In this document: one piece after another, positions 18,745 through 27,243 of the stretch
How the letters are laid out: each line of letters starts with the position of its first letter
Position numbering within the stretch: position 1 is the stretch's first letter
Source of the DNA: a virus
Lineage: Duplodnaviria > Caudoviricetes
IMG/VR virus record: IMGVR_UViG_3300004202_000003
Span: 1 to 59,874 of that record
Length of the DNA stretch: 59,874 nt
Strand: one strand, 5' to 3'
Translations under genes and position numbers: made by a program
The notes under the pieces: generated by a model
The model's input: only the letters and a program-made list of their open reading frames with translations
The model's database searches: none
What the model was told of the DNA's origin: nothing

Positions 18745-19038
18745 CTACACCGTCACCGCGCTGTTGATATTCGGCGCCGACTGAGGGCTGTGATCCACCA
18801 GCGGGCGTCCCTTCGGGTGCGGCCAATTCGCGTCCGGGATTCGCACCCACGCAACATCAGGACGCATCGCCTCGCATACGACCTCGCCGCCCATGGCACG
18901 CTCAATTGCCGGGCATCTTTCCTCCGGCACGTCTCCGGCAGCCCATTTATGCACCGCTTGAGCGGAGATCGGAGGGGTATAGAGCCCCCCGATTCCACTG
19001 AGGCCCAAGCGGTCTATCGCGATGTTGATCGGTTTCAT
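18745..19038 (-). CDS. cro: Cro-like repressor (YdaS family)
   Basis: ISAQAVHKW...VPEERCPAIERA.GG.V....MRPDV.W; divergent from cI. Confidence 0.85.
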   Translation of the reverse strand: MKPINIAIDRLGLSGIGGLYTPPISAQAVHKWAAGDVPEERCPAIERAMGGEVVCEAMRPDVAWVRIPDANWPHPKGRPLVDHSPQSAPNINSAVTV

Positions 19039-19047
19039 GACCACCAT

Positions 19048-19097
19048 TCAACCACAGGTTGATTCTAAATTCAACCCCCAGTTCAACTTTGGGTTGC
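19048..19097. promoter_or_regulatory. OR-type operators
   Basis: TCAACC-N3-GGTTGA palindrome: perfect at 19048-19062, degenerate at 19071-19085 and 19083-19097. Confidence 0.75.
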
Positions 19098-19132
19098 TTG
19101 GCACGATCCCGCGCTTGGCAGATGCTTGGTCC

Positions 19133-19486
19133 ATGCGACGACATCAATCCAAAACGGTATTCGGGGAGCGCGTTCGCGCAAGGCGACTGGCGCTCAAGAA
19201 ATCCCAGGGCTGGCTGGCTGGGCTGATGGGGGTATCAGTGAATGCGGTCAGCAAGTGGGAGAAAGGCGGCGACCCCTCGCTCTCTCACCTTCGGCAAATG
19301 GCCGAGTACCTGAAATGCTCGGTCGGCTACCTTGCTGGCGACCAGGGGGACGCGAAGATCTCTGAGGTTGTACGCCTGATGGAAGAACTAAACGATCAGG
19401 GACGCGAGGCCGTCTTCAATGCCGTGTATGCATTGCACGCCATTCAACCGAAGAAGACCAGCATCGCTCAAAGGAAACAGGCCTAG
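19133..19486 (+). CDS. cI: CI-like XRE HTH repressor lacking an S24 peptidase domain
   Basis: FGERVRARR...SQGWLA..MGVS.NAVSKWE.G; 117 aa; divergent from cro. Confidence 0.82.
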   Translation: MRRHQSKTVFGERVRARRLALKKSQGWLAGLMGVSVNAVSKWEKGGDPSLSHLRQMAEYLKCSVGYLAGDQGDAKISEVVRLMEELNDQGREAVFNAVYALHAIQPKKTSIAQRKQA

Positions 19487-19562
19487 TCATTGATATGGCG
19501 GAATGGCGCTCGCGTAGCATACAGACGTCATTGTTCTATGACAACTAGACACAGGACTAAAA

Positions 19563-19943
19563 ATGCACCTCCGCTTTTCCCGCTCAATCGCTGCTGCCGT
19601 CGTGCTGTCCGGATGCGCTGGACTGCAGGACTACCAGGCGTCTTGCGAGCAGAAGCACCAGTCTTTCCCTGCCTTCGCGGCCTGCTACAAGGCGGAAGTT
19701 CTCGCGGATCGTCGCGCGAACGGTGACCCGCACGTCAAGCTGCTGCTGCTCAAGACCGACCAGATCGCCGAGCGCGTCAAGGCCGGGCAATTATCCGACC
19801 TCGATGCCCGCGTTGAGTTTCAGCAGGCCTTCGTCGGGATCCGTGAAGGTGCGATGAGCGAGAATGCCCAGCGCCGCGCCGCTGCCAACACCACGACGAA
19901 CTGTGTAATGCGCGGCAACAAGATGGCCTGTAGCCCGTATTGA
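19563..19943 (+). CDS. Lipoprotein (immunity-region accessory gene)
   Basis: Lipobox VLSG-C; AGGA RBS. Confidence 0.7.
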   Translation: MHLRFSRSIAAAVVLSGCAGLQDYQASCEQKHQSFPAFAACYKAEVLADRRANGDPHVKLLLLKTDQIAERVKAGQLSDLDARVEFQQAFVGIREGAMSENAQRRAAANTTTNCVMRGNKMACSPY

Positions 19944-19956
19944 ACCGGCTCGCGCG

Positions 19957-20286
19957 ATGAACTTCGAGCAGTTGAAGAACTTTCTCGCGGTTCTCGCCCT
20001 GGTGATGATCGCCATGCAACTGGCCACCTGCTCGACAGCCTTTGGGGCCCCGCGCGCCGCGGTCGATGTCCCTCGCGACCCGGGCGGCAGGATTCACCGC
20101 AGCAGCACGGCCAGAACGGAGTTCAAGAAGGCCAACCCGTGTCCCACCACCGGCCGCAGTTCGGGTGCCTGCCCTGGCTACGTAATCGATCACGTTGTGC
20201 CACTCAAGCGCGGCGGGCCAGACGTGCCGGCCAACATGCAGTGGCAGACCAAGGCCGACGCAACGGCCAAGGACAAGTGGGAATGA
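19957..20286 (+). CDS. Exported HNH-motif protein
   Basis: Signal peptide/TM then NPCP..CPGYVIDHVVPLKRGG.D..NMQWQT. Confidence 0.75.
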   Translation: MNFEQLKNFLAVLALVMIAMQLATCSTAFGAPRAAVDVPRDPGGRIHRSSTARTEFKKANPCPTTGRSSGACPGYVIDHVVPLKRGGPDVPANMQWQTKADATAKDKWE

Positions 20287-20327
20287 CCACTCTCGAATAG
20301 CTCTCTTTCACCAGCGCCGATCGTCAC

Positions 20328-20352
20328 GCCCGCCTTGCGCGGGCTTTTTTTT
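20328..20352 (+). terminator. Intrinsic terminator ending the immunity operon
   Basis: GCCCGC-CTTGC-GCGGGC-T8. Confidence 0.85.
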
Positions 20353-20361
20353 GCCGTTGAT

Positions 20362-20400
20362 TCAACCAGTGGTTGACTTTGCTGCTAAACCTGTGGTTGA
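20362..20400. promoter_or_regulatory. OL-type operators / PL promoter
   Basis: TCAACCAGTGGTTGA (20362-20376) and TAAACCTGTGGTTGA (20386-20400); TTGACT -35-like box at 20373. Confidence 0.75.
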
Positions 20401-20447
20401 ATTCCATCGGACTGAAAAATTACCGAGCCGAAAACACAGGAGGAATC

Positions 20448-20726
20448 ATGCAAGGCCAAGAACAGCAGGCAGATGTAAAGCACACGCCGGGGCCAATGGT
20501 AGTCGATAGCAACACCGACCAAATTCCGTACCGCGTCTATTCCATGACGACGCAAGGAAGTGTCGGCCTGTTCTACAGCGAGGCCGATGCCGAACTGTTC
20601 GCCGCCGCGCCTGATCTGCTCGCCGCGCTGCGCGAAATTCTGCAATGGGCAGACAACGCAGGATGCCCGCAGCCTTTCCAGCGCAACGCGTTCGCCGCCA
20701 TCGCCAAAGCCGAGGGCCGGTCATGA
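20448..20726 (+). CDS. Phage hypothetical protein (KHTPGP...AAAPDLL family)
   Basis: AGGAGG RBS; first gene of PL operon. Confidence 0.75.
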   Translation: MQGQEQQADVKHTPGPMVVDSNTDQIPYRVYSMTTQGSVGLFYSEADAELFAAAPDLLAALREILQWADNAGCPQPFQRNAFAAIAKAEGRS

Positions 20727-20971
20727 GCCGCAACCGTCTCTTGGTCGGCGCCCTGACCGGCCTCGCCGCAGCCGCTGCGGCAGGCTTCCGCGGCGTCATG
20801 ATCAACGTCGGCAGTGCCTTGGATGCCTCTGTGACGAAGCCCCGACGCTCGACAGCGCAGTTCTCCGATGCCCGCTTTCCCAAGCACCCGCCCGGTACTG
20901 TCGCGCAGTCGAAGCGCGCCGCCGCCAAGGCCAAGAATCGCGCCAGGCATCGGCACGCCTGCAGGGGTTGA
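20723..20971 (+). CDS. Small basic hypothetical protein
   Basis: ATGA coupling; KRAAAKAKNRAR tail. Confidence 0.6.
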   Translation: MSRNRLLVGALTGLAAAAAAGFRGVMINVGSALDASVTKPRRSTAQFSDARFPKHPPGTVAQSKRAAAKAKNRARHRHACRG

Positions 20972-20973
20972 TC

Positions 20974-21246
20974 ATGACCGCGACTCTTATCGCCCTCCCC
21001 GTCAAGCCGCATAAGCCGCGCGGCGACAGCCAGGTCGTCAAGGTCGTCGGCCACGAATTCACCGCCTACTACGAAGCACACGGCCCCGACGACAGCGCTG
21101 GCCTGCCGAATGGCTACATCGAGCTCGGCAGCATCTACATCGACGACTGCCCCGACGACATGAGCGACGTTCTCGCGGCCCACGTCACCGAGGCGATCGC
21201 CGAACAGATCAACACGCGCCTGCGCGCCGAGGCTGGCCGACTCTAG
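20974..21246 (+). CDS. Hypothetical protein
   Basis: MTATLIALP..., follows previous stop. Confidence 0.6.
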   Translation: MTATLIALPVKPHKPRGDSQVVKVVGHEFTAYYEAHGPDDSAGLPNGYIELGSIYIDDCPDDMSDVLAAHVTEAIAEQINTRLRAEAGRL

Positions 21247-21272
21247 CGCCGCCATCACCAAGGAGGCTACCC

Positions 21273-21461
21273 ATGTGGTTCTACGATGACGCGCCCGACA
21301 AGGGCACCCGCCCAGCCGATCTCGAGCTCGACGATGAAGCCGAGGCGGAGAGCACTGGATTCCCCGACTTCCTCGCGCCGGTCTGGATCGAGGTCATTCT
21401 GCCGCTGGCGATTGTCCTGCTCGGCGTGCTTTCCATGAGCATGGCGAGGGTGCAGTCGTGA
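21273..21461 (+). CDS. Small membrane protein
   Basis: AAGGAGG RBS; C-terminal TM. Confidence 0.6.
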   Translation: MWFYDDAPDKGTRPADLELDDEAEAESTGFPDFLAPVWIEVILPLAIVLLGVLSMSMARVQS

Positions 21462-21547
21462 TCGCCCGGGTCTTCCGCGCGCTGCGCACCTACCGCAAGC
21501 TGCACGCCACTTGGCACTGCGCCTGGAATATGGCGGCAAGGCCATGA
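21458..21547 (+). CDS. 29-aa peptide (not in ORF track)
   Basis: GTG..TGA overlapping both neighbours (GTGA, ATGA): MIARVFRALRTYRKLHATWHCAWNMAARP. Confidence 0.45.
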   Translation: MIARVFRALRTYRKLHATWHCAWNMAARP

Positions 21548-21786
21548 CTCGCCCAGCGGATTACGTCGTCTTCGGCGTCGCCGTGCTCGCGATTCCGTTC
21601 CTGTTCGGGATGGGCGTCGGCGAAGACAAGGCGCGCCAGCAGATCGCGACAAAGTGCGAGGCGCAGCCAGGGGGCGCGCTCGCCTACTCGTACCAAGACA
21701 AGTCTGGAGTGGCATGCATCTACATCGAAACGCCGCGTCCCGAGTACGGCCGCGTCATGCGGAAGAAGAAGGCGACGAAGGCATGA
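21544..21786 (+). CDS. Small membrane protein
   Basis: N-terminal TM; coupled overlaps. Confidence 0.55.
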   Translation: MTRPADYVVFGVAVLAIPFLFGMGVGEDKARQQIATKCEAQPGGALAYSYQDKSGVACIYIETPRPEYGRVMRKKKATKA

Positions 21787-21977
21787 GCAATGCGCCACTT
21801 CCGCAGCACCCGCATGCCATCACCGACTGGCAGGCCGTCGCGATGTTTTTTGCCGGCGTCATCACCGAAGAACGGCCGGACTACGCGCCGCTGATTTTTC
21901 AGGTCGTGGAGGATTTCACGACACCCATCACCACCACGGCCGGGAACGGCCAGAAAGGAATTGAGGCAACAGCATGA
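21783..21977 (+). CDS. Hypothetical protein
   Basis: ATGA coupling on both sides. Confidence 0.55.
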   Translation: MSNAPLPQHPHAITDWQAVAMFFAGVITEERPDYAPLIFQVVEDFTTPITTTAGNGQKGIEATA

Positions 21978-23131
21978 ACGCACCAGCAACCACCAAGGAA
22001 GTCGGGCCGGTATCGGCCTTCGGGAATTTTCTCGAAAAGTTCAAGCCGCAACTGAAGTTGGCCTTGCCGGCGCACATGAACGCTGACCGCATGGCGCGGC
22101 TCGCGCTGACGGCATTCAGCACGTCGCAGCAGCTGCAGAACTGCGAGCCGCGCTCGATCGCCGCCGCGCTAATGACCGCCGGCCAGCTTGGCCTTGAGCC
22201 TGGCGTCAATGGCGCCGGATTTCTGATCCCCTACGGCAAGACGTGCACTTTCGTTCCCGGCTGGAAGGGGCTGGTGGACCTTGTCTCGCGTTCTGGCCGC
22301 GGCACCGTCTATACCGGTGTGATCTTCAAGGATCAGGAATACACCTTCACCGACGGCGCCAAGCGCGACCTGATCATCCACAACGAAACCGACCTTGACG
22401 CGCCGGAGGACATCACCCACGCCTTTGCAATCGGATGGGTGAAGGATGCCAGCATGCCGATCATCGAACTCTGGACGGTAGCGAAGATCCGTAAGCACCG
22501 CGACAAATACAACAAAGTCGGCTCGAAGCATTACAGCTTCCGCGACTGGGAAATGTACTGCCGCAAGATCCCGCTGCTGCAAGTGCTCAAGTACATGCCG
22601 AGCAGCATCGAACTCTCGAACGCCATTGCGATCAGCAATGCCTCTGAAGCCGGACGCGGCGCGACGATCGACGGGTTCGGTGTCGTGATTGATGACGACG
22701 ACGACCAAGGCGGCGGAAATCAAGGGGGCGCGACGGAGAAAGAAGCGGCGGCCGCCTACCCACAAGACCAGTTCGACAAGAACATTACCGGCTGGAAGAA
22801 GCTGATTGCCGATGGCAAGAAGACGGCCGACCAGATCATCGCCATGGCCAACAGCAAGGCGCCGCTGACCGCCGGGCAGATCGCCGCCATCAAGAATACT
22901 TCAGCGCCTGGCGCCGATGGCTCCGCACAAGCAAGCAACGGGGGTGCGGGTGCGGCCGCGCAGAACCCCGTTGCCGTCACCTTCGCCCAGGTCGAGGCGA
23001 AGCTGCTCAAGTCCGACAGCATGGACGTCCTGGATCTCGCCGCCGATCTGATTGGAGAAGTCGCCGATCCGGCGCAACGCTCCGAACTTTCGGCCATCTA
23101 CAACAAGCGTAAGGAGGAATTGCAGGCATGA
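21974..23131 (+). CDS. recT: RecT-family single-strand annealing protein
   Basis: LALPAHMNADRMARLALT, LQNCEPRSI, AGQLGLEPG..G.GFLIPY, GWKGLVDL..RSG, LKYMPSSIE. Confidence 0.9.
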   Translation: MNAPATTKEVGPVSAFGNFLEKFKPQLKLALPAHMNADRMARLALTAFSTSQQLQNCEPRSIAAALMTAGQLGLEPGVNGAGFLIPYGKTCTFVPGWKGLVDLVSRSGRGTVYTGVIFKDQEYTFTDGAKRDLIIHNETDLDAPEDITHAFAIGWVKDASMPIIELWTVAKIRKHRDKYNKVGSKHYSFRDWEMYCRKIPLLQVLKYMPSSIELSNAIAISNASEAGRGATIDGFGVVIDDDDDQGGGNQGGATEKEAAAAYPQDQFDKNITGWKKLIADGKKTADQIIAMANSKAPLTAGQIAAIKNTSAPGADGSAQASNGGAGAAAQNPVAVTFAQVEAKLLKSDSMDVLDLAADLIGEVADPAQRSELSAIYNKRKEELQA

Positions 23132-24903
23132 GCGCAGAACGGATGATTCACGACCTGGTACAAGGGTCCGACGAGTGGCACCAATTCCGGCTTGAGCATG
23201 ACGGCGCCAGCGAAGCCGCGGCCGCGCTCGGTCTTTCCAAGAAAACCATGCGCACCGAACTGCTGCGCATGAAGCACACCGGGATCGCCAAGGAATTCAG
23301 CGATTGGGTGCAGGAGAACGTGCTTGACCGCGGGCATGAAGCCGAGGCTGCGGCCCGCCCCTTTGTCGAACAGACGATCGGGCAAGACCTTTACCCGGCG
23401 ACCTACAGCTATGGCCGACTATCGGCAAGCTGCGACGGGCTCACGATGGACGGCGAAATCGCCTTCGAGCACAAGCAGTACAACCGGGAACTGTTCGCCG
23501 CCGTGAAGCGCGCCGAGCTTCCCGACGAGTACATGCCGCAATGTCAGCAGGTAATGCACGTCACCGGGGCCAAACTGCTGATCTTCGTTTGCTCTGACGG
23601 AACACCGGAGAATCTGGCCTCCATGGAAGTGCGGCCGGATCCGGAATGGGTCAAACGTATCGAGGCCGGCTGGGCGCAGTTCCACGAGGATCTGGCGAAT
23701 TACCAGCATGTCGAAGCCGCCCCCATCGTCACCGCCGCGCCGATCAACGAGCTGCCGGCGCTCATGGTCGAAATCACCGGCAGCGTCACCGCCTCGAACC
23801 TTGAGCAGTGGAAGGAAATCGTCACCGCACGCATCGCCGACATCAATACCGACCTGCAGACCGACAGGGACTTCGCCGACGCCGATGCAATGGTGAAGTT
23901 CCTCGACGACGGCGAGAAGCGCATCGATCTGGTGAAGTCGCAGGCCCAGGCCAACGCCGCCGACATCGATCGCGTGTTCCGCGCGCTGGACGAGATCAAG
24001 GCCAGCATGCGCAGCAAGCGGCTGGAGCTCGACAAGCTGGTCACGCGCCGCAAGGAATCCATCAAGATCGAGATCATGCAGGCCGGCAAGGACGCGCTGG
24101 CCTCGCACATCGCCGGCCTCAACAAGCGGCTCGCCAAGGTGCAGCTGCCGCCGATCGCCGCCGACTTCGCCGCCGCCATCAAGGGCAAACGCAATCTCGA
24201 ATCGATGCGCGATGCCGTGTTGAGCCTGGTCGCCGCCAAGAAGATCGAAGCCAACGAGATCGCCGACCGGATCACTCTGAACCTGCAGGCGCTGCACGAC
24301 GGCGCGCGGCCGGATGGCGCTGATTACACCTTCCTGTTCAGCGACTACGCAAGCCTGATCCTGAAGGCGCCCGACGACCTGGCGCTGGTGATCAAGTCTC
24401 GCATTTCCGAACACCAGATCGCCGAGGAAAAACGGCATGCGGAAGAACGCGAGCGGATCCGCATCGAGGAAGAGGCGAAAGCTACCGCCAAGGTCAAGGC
24501 CGAGCAGGAAGAAGCCGAGCGCCAGCGCCGGGCCGCCGAGGAAGCCGCGGCGAAGATTGAGCGCGACCGCCTGACCGAAGCCAACAGCACGCGGCACAAA
24601 GAACCCGCACCACAGCCTGACGCGCAGGTTTTACAGCCAGCGATGGCTTCACCATGCCCGGCTACGGCTGTGGTTGCGGTCCACGACAACGGCCGCCATA
24701 TCCGTCTCGGCGAAATCAACGCCCTGCTCGGCTTCACGGTGACCGCCGAATTCCTTGCCGGACTCGGTTTTGTCGCCACGCAGGACAAGAACGCCAGGCT
24801 GTACCGCGAATGCGACATGCCGGCGATCTGCCAAGCCATCATCGAGCACGTTGCTGGCGTGCCGGCAAGGATGCAGGCGGGAAAGCTCAGGGAGGCAGCC
24901 TGA
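23128..24903 (+). CDS. YqaJ/lambda-exonuclease-family protein with long coiled-coil C-terminus
   Basis: QGSDEW..FR....ASE, RGHEAE..AR, SASCDG, FEHK, Y.PQCQQ. Confidence 0.9.
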   Translation: MSAERMIHDLVQGSDEWHQFRLEHDGASEAAAALGLSKKTMRTELLRMKHTGIAKEFSDWVQENVLDRGHEAEAAARPFVEQTIGQDLYPATYSYGRLSASCDGLTMDGEIAFEHKQYNRELFAAVKRAELPDEYMPQCQQVMHVTGAKLLIFVCSDGTPENLASMEVRPDPEWVKRIEAGWAQFHEDLANYQHVEAAPIVTAAPINELPALMVEITGSVTASNLEQWKEIVTARIADINTDLQTDRDFADADAMVKFLDDGEKRIDLVKSQAQANAADIDRVFRALDEIKASMRSKRLELDKLVTRRKESIKIEIMQAGKDALASHIAGLNKRLAKVQLPPIAADFAAAIKGKRNLESMRDAVLSLVAAKKIEANEIADRITLNLQALHDGARPDGADYTFLFSDYASLILKAPDDLALVIKSRISEHQIAEEKRHAEERERIRIEEEAKATAKVKAEQEEAERQRRAAEEAAAKIERDRLTEANSTRHKEPAPQPDAQVLQPAMASPCPATAVVAVHDNGRHIRLGEINALLGFTVTAEFLAGLGFVATQDKNARLYRECDMPAICQAIIEHVAGVPARMQAGKLREAA

Positions 24904-25070
24904 TGGTTGCCACCTACGCCGCGGTCAGCACCCTTCTGAATTCGGCGAAGACGCGCGCCGAACTGATCGCGGCGTCCCAGACCATCCAGCACGTCGGCTG
25001 CATCAACCAGCGGGAGCGGCTGGCCGGCGTGGTCAAGCGCCGGCTGGAGGAATTCAGGAGGAAGCATTGA
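24903..25070 (+). CDS. Hypothetical protein (55 aa)
   Basis: GGAGG RBS, TGATG coupling; resembles the C-terminal helical domain of RecT. Confidence 0.55.
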   Translation: MVATYAAVSTLLNSAKTRAELIAASQTIQHVGCINQRERLAGVVKRRLEEFRRKH

Positions 25071-25591
25071 GCACCGCAGAACAATGGGTTTCGATGCCCG
25101 GCTACGAAGGCCTGTATGAAATCTCTGACCATGGGCGCATTCGCTCATTCCATCGGTCTTCAAAGCGAAAGTCGGAGTTCCTGAAGCCAACCGTGCGTGA
25201 TGACGGATACCTTCAGGTTGCGTTCTTCAAGGACGGAATACCGACAACATGGCTTGTTCATCGCGCAGTTCTGTTTGCCTTTGTCGGAGAGCCGCCAGAA
25301 GGGAAAGAGGGGGCGCATCGCAATGGTGACAAAGAAAACAACCACAAGGGGAACCTGCTTTGGGCGACTCCCATTGAGAACCACTCGCACAAGGTTGGCC
25401 ATGGAACCAATGGCGCTGGCGAGCGGAATGCGATGGCAAAGGTCACCGAGCAAATCGTCAGGGCAATTCGTTCGGAATACGTCCCGAGAAGTGTCGTAGC
25501 AAGCTGCGCCGCGCTCGGCAGAAGGTACGGCGTTTCATATCAAGCCGTTTGGGACATCGTGAAGTTTCGTCGCTGGAAGCACATCATCTAA
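25067..25591 (+). CDS. NUMOD4-HNH homing endonuclease
   Basis: EQWVSMPGYEGLYEISDHGRIRS, VHRAV..AFVG, HRNGDKENN...NL.W.T..EN; AGGAGG + TTG. Confidence 0.9.
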   Translation: MSTAEQWVSMPGYEGLYEISDHGRIRSFHRSSKRKSEFLKPTVRDDGYLQVAFFKDGIPTTWLVHRAVLFAFVGEPPEGKEGAHRNGDKENNHKGNLLWATPIENHSHKVGHGTNGAGERNAMAKVTEQIVRAIRSEYVPRSVVASCAALGRRYGVSYQAVWDIVKFRRWKHII

Positions 25592-25604
25592 AGGAGATCA
25601 ATCA

Positions 25605-26162
25605 ATGTTTCAGTTCAAAGAAATAAGCGCAAAACTATCGAACGTTAACGTCAGGTGCGAACTTCACGGCGAGGAAACCAAGCTCGCCGCCGACCTCTCG
25701 ATCGAGCTTCGCGGCCCCAACACCATCCTCGATCAGATCGCCTCCGGCCTGCTTCCATTTCTCTACCGCAAGGCCGAGGAAGGCGAAGACGATCAGGGCG
25801 AGCTCGATCTTGACCCCGGTCGCCTGGCCAAGCTGGCGTTTCCACTACTCGCCCAGCCGCTGAAGTGGGAGAAGGAATACAGCGGCTACACGTTCATCCT
25901 GCACTACGGCATCGACGAGAAAAGCAATACGACGCTGACGGACTGCCAGGTCGATAAATGGAAATTCGATTGCCAGGACGGCGGCACCGTCATCACCGGG
26001 CTTCGCGTGATCGCGCACCCGGAAGAGGACGAGATCGGCCATCTGTGTACGCAGATTCAGCAGTCGATCGTGATGTCGCTGATTCCGCCGTCTGCCGAGT
26101 ATTACGCGGACGGCAAGATCCCGGGCGGCAATGATGGCGCAGCAGGAGGCGATGAGTCATGA
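25605..26162 (+). CDS. Conserved phage hypothetical protein
   Basis: AAGGAG RBS; NVNVRCELHGEE motif. Confidence 0.7.
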   Translation: MFQFKEISAKLSNVNVRCELHGEETKLAADLSIELRGPNTILDQIASGLLPFLYRKAEEGEDDQGELDLDPGRLAKLAFPLLAQPLKWEKEYSGYTFILHYGIDEKSNTTLTDCQVDKWKFDCQDGGTVITGLRVIAHPEEDEIGHLCTQIQQSIVMSLIPPSAEYYADGKIPGGNDGAAGGDES

Positions 26163-26395
26163 ACAAGCCCAAGACACCCACCATCCCCATGTCGGCCGTC
26201 AAGAGTAGCCAGGTCGAGAGCATCGGCCACATGGGCGACACGCTGGCCGTCAAGTTCAAGAGCGGTCCCTCGGTTTACCACTACCACGGTGTCACGGCCG
26301 CGCAGTTCGAGGCCATGCAAAGGGCCGAATCGGTAGGCAGCTACCTGCATCAGCACATCAAGCCGAAGCACAAGTTCACGAAGGTGACCCCATGA
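26159..26395 (+). CDS. KTSC domain protein
   Basis: VKSSQVESIG...LAVKFKSG..YHYHGV.......AESVGSY....IK. Confidence 0.88.
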   Translation: MNKPKTPTIPMSAVKSSQVESIGHMGDTLAVKFKSGPSVYHYHGVTAAQFEAMQRAESVGSYLHQHIKPKHKFTKVTP

Positions 26396-27243
26396 GTGCA
26401 ATCAAACACCGTCGCATCTACGTCGCGTCGTCATGGCGCAACCCGATACAGCCGGAGATCGTCGCGGCGCTGCGCGAGGCCGGGCATGAGGTCTATGACT
26501 TCCGCAATCCGGCGCCAGGCAACAAGGGCTTCTCGTGGTCCGAGGTCGATCCGAACTGGCTGAATTGGGATCCCGGCACCTTCGCCGACAAGCTGAATAC
26601 GCACCCCGTTGCCGCGGCCGGCTTCGGCTTCGACAAGGCCGCGCTTGACTGGTGCGATACCTGCATCCTCGTCCTTCCCTGCGGGCGCAGCGCGCACCTG
26701 GAACTCGGGTACGCCGCCGGCCAGGGCAAGGACACCTATGTGCTGCTGCATCCGGACAAGTTCGAGCCCGAGTTGATGTATCTGCTCAACACTGCCTGCG
26801 CGACATCGATCGATCAGATCATCGACTGGATGGCCGAGCGGCAGCCGGCCGATGTACGGCGCTGGCACGCTGAGAACGGCGCCCACTTCACGCGCCCGGC
26901 AGGTCACGCGCTGCGCCTGTTGCGCGAGGTCGTCGAGCTCTGTGTCGCGGCCGGCGCCAGCGAGGATGAGATCGTTGATCACGCCAGCACAGAACTCGGA
27001 AAGGCATTGTTTCGCGAAGAATTCGGAGGCGACCCGGCGGCGGTACCGGGCGAGGTTGCGGACTGCGCGATACTGCTCGACATCTTTGCTCACCGCGCCG
27101 GCATCGATCGGCATGCCGAGACGCGCAAGAAGCTGGCCGTGCTGTGGGAGCGACAGTATGTGCCAGACGCGGATGGCGTGCTGTATCGCCTCGACGACAT
27201 GAGCGAGATCGTTCGGCGCGAAGCCGCGGCGCAGGAAGCATGA
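26392..27243 (+). CDS. Nucleoside deoxyribosyltransferase-like domain fused to a MazG-like domain
   Basis: IYVASSWRN..D..ALDWCD..VLPCGRSAHLELGYA.G; C-terminal LLREVVEL...EVADCAILL. Confidence 0.7.
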   Translation: MSAIKHRRIYVASSWRNPIQPEIVAALREAGHEVYDFRNPAPGNKGFSWSEVDPNWLNWDPGTFADKLNTHPVAAAGFGFDKAALDWCDTCILVLPCGRSAHLELGYAAGQGKDTYVLLHPDKFEPELMYLLNTACATSIDQIIDWMAERQPADVRRWHAENGAHFTRPAGHALRLLREVVELCVAAGASEDEIVDHASTELGKALFREEFGGDPAAVPGEVADCAILLDIFAHRAGIDRHAETRKKLAVLWERQYVPDADGVLYRLDDMSEIVRREAAAQEA

